A stretch of 62,634 bases of DNA, the filler included, from Rhabdomonas costata (lineage: Eukaryota): the NCBI GenBank assembly GCA_019059605.1. It is 40 parts of 40 records of this genome, joined end to end, with 100 filler letters (N's around TTAATTAATTAA, not from the genome) between each part and the next. Parts side by side here need not be neighbours in the genome. Positions count along the whole stretch, not along the records: positions 12,555 to 14,023 come from JAHMHO010015140.1; positions 14,124 to 15,592 come from JAHMHO010015141.1; positions 15,693 to 17,161 come from JAHMHO010015142.1; positions 17,262 to 18,729 come from JAHMHO010015143.1; positions 18,830 to 20,298 come from JAHMHO010015144.1; positions 20,399 to 21,867 come from JAHMHO010015145.1; positions 21,968 to 23,435 come from JAHMHO010015146.1; positions 23,536 to 25,003 come from JAHMHO010015147.1; 32 more parts are not named here. One strand, given 5' to 3'. Below the pieces are notes generated by a model that was given only the letters and a program-made list of their open reading frames with translations, was not told the origin of the DNA and made no database searches. A program made the translations under genes and the position numbers. Each line of letters starts with the position of its first letter. The first letter of the stretch is position 1. Below, in pieces: positions 12,968 to 25,300 of this stretch.

Positions 12968-13476
12968 TTTTTGTGGGCCTGGACGTGCCGCTGGAGCAGA
13001 AGGGCGAGCCCCATTTCTTTCTCGCCCAGTACTGTTTTGCTCAGCGAGACTTTCCACGGGCAGCTCACCACTACCACCAAGCCTGGCTTTCTGGGGTCCG
13101 CGCAGAGCTTCTCCTGGAACGGGTTGCTCTCTCCTACGCCTCAGCATATGTTTCCCATCCTATTCCTGAGATTACCGCCCACGCCTCCGGGCCGACCCCC
13201 AGACTGGAGGTGGCTCCTTCCAGTCCCGTGTCTGCGACTCCCCGGCTCACAGGGCGACTGGCAGTGCCCCCTACCCCTAAGACGTTCGACCCCGTGCCCT
13301 CGCTTAGGTTCCTGCTCTACGAGGAGTACTATGCAAGGCTCCGTGGCCTGGAGCCCACCGCACACTCGGAGTTGGGCTACAGCTTCCTCGACCTGTGGGT
13401 CAAGCCTCACTTGGAGCTGGAGAAGCTTCGCGATGAGGAGGCGGGCAAAGGCAAGAAGAAGGATCCTAAGAAGAAG
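12968..13476 (+). CDS. Exon(s) of an uncharacterised TPR-like protein
   Basis: cag| acceptor at 12967; HFFLAQYCFAQRDFPRAAHHYHQA looks like a TPR helix pair; ends at KKK|gtgagt. A central Pro-rich stretch may be intronic. Confidence 0.45.
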
Positions 13477-14685
13477 TGAGTAGTTCCTCCCCTGTTAGAA
13501 AGGAGGGTGGTGTTCACTTGCTGGATGCTTTCCTTTATCCTGCCTGCTGCGACGTTTCTCTCTGTCGTAATCCAGATATTCATGTGCACTTTGTATGTTG
13601 CTTGTGTAGTGTGTGCGTCATGTTTCGCGAATTCCGGCGCCCGAAATTTTCACAGGAGAGTTCTTGCAAATCCAGGATGTGCGGTTAAGGTTACTTTTTC
13701 CGCCAACTGTGTCTCTTATCATACCCCCCCGCTTTGAGTCAAAACACCCTGAAAATATCTCCAGAAGACTCGTTGCACCGCCAGCTAACCCCTTGCTAGG
13801 GTTGCAAGCAAAAATTTCGCTCCAACGTGGTCCAAAATAGTATCCTTTACCTGCATTCTCGCTCATGCTGAAACGCATGGGTTCTGCTGCCTCGAGTTTT
13901 GCGATGTCTCGTCGACAGGCGCTTTAGTATAATTAGATAAAAACAGAGGACTTTTACTTGGCTATGTAGCATGAGCCCAGATGCAATTCTTGACCTGTGA
14001 ACACCATGACCGATGCGTCCAACNNNNNNNNNNNNNNNNNNNNNNNNNNNNNNNNNNNNNNNNNNNNTTAATTAATTAANNNNNNNNNNNNNNNNNNNNN
14101 NNNNNNNNNNNNNNNNNNNNNNNGGTTTGTGGGCACATTAGCAAATTTGGGATGTTGGGAATAGAACGAACGAATATGGGGTATACGCACCTTTGGCCGC
14201 CGACAGCAGAAGAGGGACTCACCGGGGCACAGGTTGAGCAGCGGAGGGCCGAAGGTCTTCCGCGAGCAGTGATACGAACGGAACCATTGGCACCACCGGG
14301 GCAGGAGCAGTCGGCATCGAGAAAGCACTCGATATCCTGAGGGAAAGCATGGGATGACAGGGGCGGTGAAGTGTTGAAGACAGGTACTGTGGGCTCTTTC
14401 GAAGTGGAAGATGTATTTGGATCACACCAGGACATGCGACATTACCATTGATTATTGCGAGGGGTATGGCTCGCAGTAAACTGTGATCACCGGATTCCAC
14501 TTTCGCGTACTCAATTCCGATCGCAGGATTTTTCGATCTTCTTCCTCTTCCCCATTAGCGCTGTTTTGGTAAGTTGGCATGCGGTTTTGCGGGCGTGAGC
14601 TCACTACATTCCTCCGTTGCTGCACAAACCCCGTCGCTGGTCCGCTGCACCAACCTCTCAGCGGTGGTTTCTCTCCCCTTTTCAG

Positions 14686-15292
14686 GAGACCTTCCTTGTG
14701 ATGGAGTACCGCAAGCTGGTGCGCCGGCTGGGCGGGAAGTACCGCAAGAGTAGTGTGTGGAGGAGCCTGTGGATGGTGATGTTCATCGCGCTGTTCTTCG
14801 GCTGTGGGGTGCTCTCGTACAACTACAGCCAGGCCTACAGTCTGCAGCTCTCCTTTGACCTGGTGCGGGTGAGGGGAGGGGTGCGTGAACGGGTGGGTGG
14901 CCCCACATTGTGGGCTGCTGTTGAAAGAAGGTACTATGGATATGGCCCCAGTGCCTCTCTTTTTCTCTATTGGTTGTTTTTCCAGTGTATGGGCTTTTGG
15001 AGGCGGCGTGGTCAGTTGATCGACTTATCCTTAATCCACTCCTGTGGATGCCATAGACACCCATGCAGTTGTATCCGCTTCTATTTCTGTCGTGTCTTTT
15101 CTCTCCAATGTCTGTTGCATCGCATATCGCGCTGCTGTCTCTATCGGCAGGCCAACGTGACCTCCCTGAGCCGGGTGTCCTTCATGGCAGTCACCGTGCT
15201 GACCCTGGTGGTGGTGTACCGCGCGATGGACATGCTCCGGCTGTGCTTGTACTGGATACTCGCCGCTGTGGTGCTGATGCTCTTTGTCACAG
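14686..15292 (+). CDS. Two exons (14686-14868, 15151-15292) of a multi-pass membrane protein
   Basis: GT-AG bounded, join in phase 0, high GC3, three hydrophobic helices; family not recognised. Confidence 0.55.
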
Positions 15293-18284
15293 GTCTGAGC
15301 ACGCGAACAGCAACACAACTGTCTCTAAGTCAAGCCCCCTCTCACACTTAAAGCTGGTTCGAAAAGTACCAGCGGCCCAGGACACCACAGACAATCACGA
15401 TAGATTGTTGTTGGATTGTTACCAGTAGACCCGTTATCAGTGCACTTCTTTTTCCGTGACTCATAAGGCAAGACGCTTTCTTTTCATTGTTGAGGTGGCA
15501 CGGGGCAATACACGAGCGGGTAGTCACGGATCACGGTTGGAGATTTAATTTGCTTTTTGCTTCATCTTTTCGGTTTATCTCCACCCCAACAANNNNNNNN
15601 NNNNNNNNNNNNNNNNNNNNNNNNNNNNNNNNNNNNTTAATTAATTAANNNNNNNNNNNNNNNNNNNNNNNNNNNNNNNNNNNNNNNNNNNNGGTTTTTT
15701 GGTGCGTGCTGAGCAATAGTGAGCAATAGGTTGCGGCAGCTTGTCTTGTTAAAGGTCTGTTTGTGGCACTCCTCGCTTTCGACCCCCAGGTTGCTTTCGA
15801 GGTGAACCCATTCCATCACCTGTCCCAGTGGTTTGATATTGAGATGCACCCTATGATATGGCACCTGGTGCCTTTTTATTCCTTTGCTACCTGTCAGTGC
15901 CCGTGAGGTGTGGAAGAGCGTCATTGTTCCGTTGGAGCAGATGTTCGAGCATGCGCTGCATGGACTTCGATGGGGTATCTTGCCCCCCCCCCCCGTATCC
16001 GGCCTTTCTAACATCTGCTGGTGCGGTGAACTTTGTTGGATGGCAGTTGGCTTGCACCATTCACTTTTCCTGTGTCATTCCTTTCCCTCATCGTCATCCC
16101 CTTCACCGTGGGGTTTCTTGTTTTGAACGCCGCAGTCTTATTTGGTCAGGCTTGTTCTCCATTGCCCATGCCATGACAATGGCGTTTTGAATACACACTC
16201 ATACAAATGTGGCCCGATATGCTCCTTTGCTAGCCAGAAGATGCTTGAGAGAGTGTGTGTTGTGCTATGGATGGGATGGGTCAGCTTTGGAGTCTGACAG
16301 GGCGATTGCTCGGCTGCTGAATCGTGAGGGAGATTGCCCCGTGGCGCAGTCCTTGGTGGAGGCGGTGACCGTGGCCGTCCGAGCGGTGCTGGCCCGGGAG
16401 GCCGAGGAGAACTCCCGAGTGAAGCAGCTCCTCCAGAGCGGAATCGCCGAGGTGGAGAGGAGGGAGAGAGGGCTTTTTTGTTTTTGGGCCGCGCCCGCGT
16501 TGCTGCGACTTCCGTATCACTAAAGTGCGCGGTATCACGTGGTTGCCACCCCTCAGCAAACCATTGTGTCGGGCTTTTGGTTTGGGGGACTGGGACAGTG
16601 TATAAGTTTGTAGGTATGTGTTTGTTTATGTTTGTGCTCGGAAGAAAAAGACAGAGTAGAAGGGAAAGAACGGGAATGAAGCACACTGTCGTGTCCGTCT
16701 GCTGCCTGGACAGGCAAGCCAAGACTGTGCAAGGCTATCTCACAGATTGAGGCTGTAGGGTATTCGCGTGTGCTGCGCTGGCAGCATGCATGGTTTGGGG
16801 TGTTGGGGAGCTCTTTTCCTGCGCTTGTCGCATCTTGTCCCTGCTTTTGGTGTAGGCTGCCATGGAGCACATAGAGGAGCTAGACGCCCTCCAGCAACGT
16901 CTGCTGCAGCGCAGCCAAGTCGCACCGGCCAGCTATGGGCCCCTGACAATCAAGGTGGCGCTGCTTCGCACGACGACATAAAATATTAAAGATGGGTGAC
17001 ACAGCAGCGCTTTTAGTATACGGCTGTTTCCGCCCCAACTGCACAACTCCAGTCAACACACAAACCCATTTCACACTATCTCACTCCACATAAATTCCAG
17101 CAATCATTTATATTTTTGTGGCCACCGTCCCTCCCTCCCCACGATTGCGAACCGGAAATGANNNNNNNNNNNNNNNNNNNNNNNNNNNNNNNNNNNNNNN
17201 NNNNNTTAATTAATTAANNNNNNNNNNNNNNNNNNNNNNNNNNNNNNNNNNNNNNNNNNNNTGTGTGGCACAAGCAATCCTGACGCCACACGACAACCGA
17301 CAACGGACTACACTAGCGCCAGCTTAAATGAATTCCAATTTTTGCTAGCCTATCAAAGGGAAAAAAGATAAGAGGTATATGCACACACCTTATGTACGGG
17401 CATCTTTAAAAGGAAGCACTGACGGACGCCGCCCAAAATCACGACGTTGCCCTGGGCCTTTGCTTACGGCATTCTTAGGCAGCCGCGGACGATAGACTGG
17501 GCTAAAATGCAGGCCTGTAAAGGTCCACAATGTGCCCATCCAGCCCGTGGAAATGCACTTCGGAGAGGTCTCAGAGAGGACTCACTCACACAGGTACACT
17601 TACACACCATCTGCCCCACAAAGTAGTCTCGGGCGTCCTTGAACGTGTGCCCACATGCAAGCACTTGGGTGCGGAGGGGGCCGTTCAGCCCGCACAGGGC
17701 GTCCAGCAGGGTCGGCAGGGGCCCCAGCACGGCGAAGCTGCGGCTGGTGAGCGTGCCCACGTTGCCTGCGACGGGAGAGAGTGTGTGTGTCCCTCTCTAA
17801 CCCAGATGTATATCCTGCGAGCGGCTCTACGGCGCTTTTTTCTCGCCATTCCGAGAGCAATACTGTCGGCGCAAAATCCTTGCGGAGTCGATCGCACACT
17901 GTGTTTTTCGAGGTCTTTCATATGCCACGGTTTTACCACGCACACCCACGGTGCAGGATATCAATTACACCACACAGGCATGCTCGCCCGCCCTCCGTGC
18001 CTTCCTTTCCACACCCCAGACACCAGTCTCATCTGTGAGGTGGGTAGAGGAATGGTATGTAGTCTCCTCTAAACAGTGAGTGCTTGCCCGTTATTTATAA
18101 CTTATTTACAAGGCAGCAACCCCCAATATGGCCCCCGATATGGTAAAAAAAAAAGCCGCGTGACGTCATCTTTTTCGGCCTTCACTCGGATCTCAAGTGT
18201 GTTCTGTCGGGTGGGGGCATTCCAGAAGGGTACCAACGCATCCACATCCAATTCCTCACAGCATCATGAATGCCACACACACAC

Positions 18285-18432
18285 ACACACTTGGTGCAAT
18301 TGGCAAGGATAAAATTTTCTTGGGGGGACTCGAGGTCCACTTCCCCCCTGGGCTCCCACCTTTCGATGGGGCATGGGCCCATCGGGCCTCACACCCTTGT
18401 CGGCCCATGCTATCCTGTACCGCTGTCTTGTC
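18285..18432 (+). repeat. Interspersed repeat, copy 1 (copy 2 at 29863-29951, minus strand)
   Basis: ACACTTGGTGCA.TTGGCAA...GGACTCGAGGTCCACTTCCCCC...CCGCTGTCTTGTC is shared between two unrelated contigs. Confidence 0.8.
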
Positions 18433-18829
18433 GCGGGTCCAAGGCCGGTGTGGGCGTACGCAAACCCACAAGGGCTATATGGCCCAAAGGGAAGTGAACG
18501 AGCGCGGAATGTTGGGTACCCACGAAGAGATCTCTAAACGCGTCAGTCGGGATTCCCAGGGCCCCGCGTACACTGTGGAGTGGAAGTCACATCGGGTAAG
18601 TCAACTCAACGTGACAAGTTTTCTTGGTGGACGGGCATGGTTACCTGTCTCTGTCCCTGATGCCATCTGGACCCACTTGCCCGAGCATTCCTTCGCGCCT
18701 TGTGGGCCCTCCGCATTGCTTCCTCACTTNNNNNNNNNNNNNNNNNNNNNNNNNNNNNNNNNNNNNNNNNNNNTTAATTAATTAANNNNNNNNNNNNNNN
18801 NNNNNNNNNNNNNNNNNNNNNNNNNNNNN

Positions 18830-19885
18830 TACACGACTCTGATGTTCCGTACCAGCGAGGAGGTGACCTGCGAGCAGCCTGTGATGACCAGGTGTCTTCT
18901 ATCCGTCGCCGCCCATGGCTGGGCAGCCTAGATGGTGGCCGCAGTTCCATGTCCCTATTATTGGGAATATGGCTTTGTCGTAGCTTTGGTGTATGAAGTG
19001 GAATCTACCTCTTGAGGGAAGTCACTATAAGGCCCGGCGGATTCCAATATTGTATTTGGGATCAAGCTGAAGAATGCTCGTTGCTACTTTTGGAAACCTG
19101 CGGAAACCAGACGCATTGTTTCCGCCATATTCGAGCTCACTCAGAAATTGCGACGCAGCGCTCTGTGAATCGGGACGCCAGCTGTACCCTTCCCGTTGGG
19201 TTTCTTCTTCGTATTGTTGTTTTCCTGTTGACTCCTCTCAACAGAGCGATGCCCCTGCCCAGCTACGTGGAGGTCACCTTTGATGGCTTCGTGTACAGCC
19301 GGTCCAACCAGACCTTTGACATCGTGGGCGAGCCCTTCGAGATCGAAATCCCTTCCTCCGAGTCCACCCGGGAGTCCTACCTGTCTGGGGTCAATGTTAC
19401 CTTGGATGACATCTCGATCTGGGTACCTGGACAGTTCTACCCCCTCCCCCACAAGCCTGCGCTTCGTGGACAAATGGAAGGGGAAGGGCGGCTGCACGGT
19501 AGTTTTGTGAAGCGAGTTTCCGTGGATGTATGTGACAATTAATTGGCTTGGAACCGCCACCGACACCACCATATGAGAAACAGCGGTGCCCTGTCGAAAG
19601 CTTGTGTGTGAGTACCCTACGACGTGTTGCGATTCCCATCCGCAATATGGTTGGTTGGTTGAGGATGTTAGGAATCCGGAATACGGCAACTTGCATTTGG
19701 CACCCGCCCGTCGTTCTCACGAAGCTACAAGTGACACTCTCTCGGCTGCTCAGGTGTACGATAACGAGAGCCACCGCTTGCTGAGTTTTGACCCATTGGT
19801 CAGGCTGTTCACGCTCAACCTCACTTACGTTCTGACCCCTGCCTCGGTTCCCGAGCAAACCCAGCAGACAGTTTCCTTACCGCAG
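18830..19885 (+). CDS. Three exons (to 18891, 19245-19422, 19754-19885) of a surface protein with an IPT/TIG-like beta domain
   Basis: Exons splice in frame at GT-AG sites; ..VTCEQP....YVEVTFDGFVYSRSNQTF resembles an IPT/TIG C-terminus; several N-x-T sequons. Confidence 0.5.
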
Positions 19886-20883
19886 GTTTCGCGCCCTGCC
19901 CGTGAACCTCTACCGTCCCTTCTTGCGGGTGTTTCTATTTTCTTTTCAATCAGCAAGTTAGCCTTTGTGGACTGCCACCGTCCACCTAGACGTGCCTTTG
20001 GTAGTGCTACTATTGTGTCATTTCTTCACCTTGGTTTCGCCACCCGCGGTCAGCGCTGCATGGGGACTACTATGCGTGGAACTCAGGCAGGTGGGGCTCA
20101 CTAATGAAAACGAGTGAAAGGGTATGCTGGCGGGCAAATATGCAGCGTAAGAAAATAGCCTTCGTTGGTGAGCATGTGAGTATCGTGTCACCGAAGTGCG
20201 AACGCTCGCTTTTCTGGTGCTGCTGGGGGTTGGGGGTGAAACCAGCTCTTTCCTTTCCTTTTCCTTTTTTCCTTGTGATAAATGTCATCCATAAAACANN
20301 NNNNNNNNNNNNNNNNNNNNNNNNNNNNNNNNNNNNNNNNNNTTAATTAATTAANNNNNNNNNNNNNNNNNNNNNNNNNNNNNNNNNNNNNNNNNNNNGT
20401 GTTGGTTGAAAGAGTGGCCCTGCGTTGGCGCGTGCGCGCTTGCTTATCGAAAAATGAGCCTGCAATGTGTTGGTGAAAAATCCTCTGGGAAGGCTTGTGT
20501 TGGAGCGAAGGTGGACCCGCATGCATACCCACACTTACCACCCACCAGGCATCACTTGCCATTGTGGGCACGTTTATGTGGATAAATGCTGATAATTGTG
20601 GCTATTTTGCAATAAGGAAAACCTGAAGGTGGGTGTGTTTCCCAGATGGGTTTTTTGGTATGTTGTGTCGAGATCGATGGGAATAGCTGAGGGTGGGGTG
20701 TGATCGCCCTTCCTTTTGGAGCTTTTGCCTGATAAATGCATTGTGCCGTGTGTTTCGCTCTGGCATTGGTATGCTCCACACTTATAGCTTTGGGGCGGAT
20801 GGTCGATTGTTAGCTCAGTTACCTGAGTTACCGTGTCCGGACGCCGTGCTCTCCAATTTCCCGTTTTGCCTTTCTGCGACCAG

Positions 20884-21479
20884 GACATCTACGCAGAGCT
20901 CTTTCGGGATGCCCAGGCCAAGGGCATGCTTCGCCTGCCTGCTGCTCAGTCTGGAAAGATTGGCTCCTCAATGGTAGCACTGTTCTTCCTTCTCATTGCT
21001 TTGCTCAAAGCAGTTCATTGGCTCTGGTGTACTTTTTTTTGGGGGGGGGGTGTTAGCAGTTGGCTTTTTTGCGAAACGTTGGCGAACACTTTCTTTTGTG
21101 TGCGTATCGGCTTAGCCCGTGCTTCTCGGACCCTGCTTGTAGGGATCTTGGCTGTTGCGAAAAGAGTTTAACGTTGAAATGAGTGGCTTGGCCGGGATGC
21201 TTTTTCTACGTGTTCAGCAGGTGCATTGCTATATGTGTGCATGTGTGCATGTGTGTATGCGTGCGTGTGATTAAAAACAACTGCGGCGAGCGTGTCTGCC
21301 TTTCACGCAGTCTCGAAAGCAGAGTGAGCTGCCCCCGTCTGGCACCTCGCTGCGCTCGGAGGTTTCGTGCCCCCACGTCGCCGAGCTGGTGCGGTACATC
21401 TACGCTGAGGCTGCCAGCTACCTCTTCACTGCAGTGCAGGCCACCATCACGAACAATGGAGCAATCCTAACCCCCACAG
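20884..21479 (+). CDS. PARP4/vault-PARP-like protein, two exons (20884-20973, 21311-21479)
   Basis: Phase-0 join: IYAELF..AQAKG...KIGS then VAELVRYIYAEA..L...ATITNNGAILTPTG, resembling the end of the WGR region and the start of the PARP regulatory domain. Confidence 0.55.
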
Positions 21480-21967
21480 GTTTGGTGCCTACCCCTGCCT
21501 CACTCAGGACTCCCGGTCAGGCGGAAGGACTGTGATGCGCTTTGAGTTGTTTCCTTGCCCGCAACTGTCCGTCACGTTGCCTTGCGGGGAGATCCAGCAT
21601 GTGAATGATTATCCAAGCAACTGTCTATGGCATATAAAATGTTGGAGGCAGGAGTTTACGCGGATGCCACTGCTGCAGCTTTTGCTATCATACCCACCGA
21701 GGTGTTTCCTTCTTCCTTCACCTATGGATCGCTTCTATATGCAATTGAGAGCTCCCACGAAATGAGGAAATGGGAAATATAAACCTCTCCACGTATCTCG
21801 AACCCCCTACGCTCGCTTATCCGAGTCGGAAATCCAGAAATGAGTCCGACGTTATGAGTCACATTCTNNNNNNNNNNNNNNNNNNNNNNNNNNNNNNNNN
21901 NNNNNNNNNNNTTAATTAATTAANNNNNNNNNNNNNNNNNNNNNNNNNNNNNNNNNNNNNNNNNNNN

Positions 21968-22326
21968 GGTGGTGGTGGTCTGCTGCATGGACTCCGCCGT
22001 GCCCGACGATGTCCTCCAGGTACGCCCCATCATTAAGGAAAGAAAGAGGAAGAATCGATTTGACCATCAAGCGCAACATTGCAGGAGAGGTGGGGCAAAC
22101 AGAGGATCTCAATTCCGTGCAGATGCAATTGTGTTAAACCTGGCCCCGCATTAGCAGCAAGTATGCTTTGAAGATACCATTCGCGGAATTTAAACTACCC
22201 AATCACCACTACCAGTGCTGCTGCTGGAGCGGATGATCTTCCGATGATCTTTTGTGAATGCTGCCTCTTCAGGAGATGGTCAAGGTCATCCCGGAGATCC
22301 GGAAGGCGTACATGCTCCACGTGTAA
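21968..22326 (+). CDS. Last two exons (to 22019, 22273-22326) of a protein with a C-terminal ACT-like domain (SerA/PHGDH-type)
   Basis: Spliced VVVCCMDSAVPDDVLQ|EMVKVIPEIRKAYMLHV* fits the ACT C-terminal pattern vDs.vp.evl.el..ip.i..a. Confidence 0.5.
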
Positions 22327-25300
22327 CCTTCACACCAGGCGAGAGAAAGAGGGTGGTGGGTGTGTTGTGCCAAGACATCGGCCGGGTGCTCGGCTTTGGT
22401 TTGGTTGCGCCATAGGCTTGGTTTCAACCGGCCTGGTTCCTTTCCGATTGCCTTGGTGTGCGTCGGCTGGTGTGTATGTGTGTACGAGGACGGATGAGCT
22501 TTGTACGAGAGTTTTTCGAAACCGATGAAGGGAGCGGGTGAACTCCCTCCCTCCAACTTCTGGCCCAGGAATACTGGCTGAGTAGGGCTTTTTTGAGCTA
22601 CCCGCGTCTCGGTCCTTGCTCCTCTTTCTCAACTTCCACACTTCCCCAAGAAAAGTGGGCTCACCTTCATAGAGCAAACAGGCGTTCTGCCGGCTCTTCA
22701 CGGTGGCCCGCACCTCTCCTCTTCTTTTTTCTGGCACATTTGCTCTGTGACGCTTTGGAGGACCGTAAGTAGAGCTGCCGACAGCTTGCTCCCTTATTCC
22801 CCCCTCGCTGCAGATTGTACCCCAAGTGCGGAAGGAAAAGGAAGTGAAATATGCATGTCCGATTAGCAGGACCTCCATGAATTCTGCAATATTCGCGCTT
22901 TATCGACACGCATCCCACGGATTACTGTTCCGCTTGCAGTTCGTTTCGTTCTGCCTCGCGTCAACCTTCCACCCCGAGTGTTGGAACCCACCCGTGCCGG
23001 CAGAGCCGTTCCCTGGGTTGGAAGATGCCCACATCGCACTTTTCCGCAAGTCCCGCCTTTCGTAGTCTTGATCGGGTTTCCAGCATCCCCTGGGATCCGT
23101 GGACAGATTGTTTCCTTTCTATGGTAATCCACCCCTCAGTGGGCAAAATGTGCAGTCCAGGACTGGCTTCCTCTGTGTCGCCTGCACCTGCTCAGGAGCA
23201 GGCTTGTCTTGCCCCCTCCACCCAGCTCATCGCCCTGCGCCCACGACAGTTCAGCACCCCCGAAACTGCGCAAAAGAAAAGAACAGAAGAAGCTGTGCTG
23301 ATTGCGCATCTCGCGAACGTCCGTGAGGCTTTCGGCAAGGCCCCGGCACTGTGCACGGGCACGGGGCTTTTGACGTGCGCATTCTTTGCTCAACCAACCA
23401 CCACAATCCGACCCGGACATTTATCCCGTCAGGCANNNNNNNNNNNNNNNNNNNNNNNNNNNNNNNNNNNNNNNNNNNNTTAATTAATTAANNNNNNNNN
23501 NNNNNNNNNNNNNNNNNNNNNNNNNNNNNNNNNNNTGGTTTCTCCCGGGGAAGAGAGGCTGTAGCGAGTAATGCAGTTTTGGTGGACCATTCACCTCTCC
23601 CGCAATCGACTTCAACTCATCCCTTGCCATTTTTTTTTCGCAAAAGGTGCTTGTTCACTGTTTCCCGATGGTTCCAATGGTCCCGATGTTTGAAGAGCTG
23701 CCTTGAGCAGGGTAACCCAATGAAATCCCATACCGGGCATGGTGTTCTACCGTCGCCTTTCCTGTGCGTTCGAGATACTTCTGTTGTATCCTCTTGGAAT
23801 GATGCTGGATGGGCGTGAGAGGTTGCGAGGAAGTGGAACCTTTTATTTTTGCGCTCAGAGGCTGGCTGTTAACGTCTTTCTCCGTCTTCGTCTCTCCCCC
23901 TTCGCAGCCTCCGCGTCAGAGGCCGCCTTCCTGGGCTCGAAGAAACCGTCGACACTCCCCGAGGAGCACGTTTGTCAAGCGCACAAACATACACCCACCC
24001 CTAAGCATACACCCCCACCTCTACCTTTCTGTGACTGGAGTTTAAACTAATGCCAGATTCGGCTTAGGATAATTGACAAAACTCGAAATAAAAAGGGGCT
24101 TCAAATGGGCTATAATTCTCCCCGCCGGTCAATGTTGGTCCCGAAAAAGTGCAGGGCCGGGAGGCACATACTACCACCATAGTTTCCGATCCAACATTGA
24201 CCATACGGGGCAGGGGGGGGTATACCGCGGCAATTGCCACAATGACCGCCGGAAATACTGCAAACATCGGCGATGCGAAGCGGTGCATCGCGGAGACTTG
24301 ACACGTGACAGTGTAAATCCCTGATAGTGGAGAGAAGAGAAGAGATCGTAGGTGTAGAAATGCAGAGAATCCAGAAAATCATGCCGCCTTTGCGGAAGGG
24401 ACCCATCGCCCGCCGATGCCCGTTGGTAACATCAGGAAGGAAAAAAACTGTTATCTAACCCAAAAAACGGCGTGCCTGCGCTTAGGCAATGCTCGTATTC
24501 GGTTTGCAAGGACATGAATGAATAGTGGTTTTCATTTGCAATGACATTATCGGGTATTTACGGGTGAGGTTAGCACTTCGACGTGTATCGCTAGCTGAGG
24601 ACAAGCACATGGCGAACGAGTGGAAGGGTGAGCGGGCGGCAAACGTGGGCTGGGAAGTCTGCAACGATACGCAAGCATTGCAAGAAAAATTGATCTAAAA
24701 TTGTTGGCAACGTCAGGAAAAAGACAGCGGAACAGAAATTCTGCGCATTTTCAAAACAGTTTTTCACTGTAAAACGGCAACAGTAGTAGTAAGAGTAGCA
24801 GTAGTGTTGGACGCCCACCCACCCACGGGCACACACACAACCTCTCACACAAACACGCACTCTTTCAGAAGACCCTGCTATATTATGCTATCCAATCTCT
24901 CTCTGAAGTCGAAAGGTAACCCCCCCCAACCCTTACCCCACATTGCCTCAGCCTCATTCCGGCACCCGTTTGTGTGTGTGCCGTGGTGGAGTCACACACC
25001 CACNNNNNNNNNNNNNNNNNNNNNNNNNNNNNNNNNNNNNNNNNNNNTTAATTAATTAANNNNNNNNNNNNNNNNNNNNNNNNNNNNNNNNNNNNNNNNN
25101 NNNTGTCGTCCAGCACGAACAGCAGCACCGTGAACGCGCCAAAAAACCAACAGGTGTGCAGAACAAGCAGCACAAGGACACGCCACAGCACACCGCGCCA
25201 AGGCGCCATGTGTGTGTGTGTGCTCGCCCAGTTCCCAACACTCTCGCTCTCGACAGGCCGAAAGGCCGGGACGTACCATCGGTACGGTAAGGGCCGGGCC

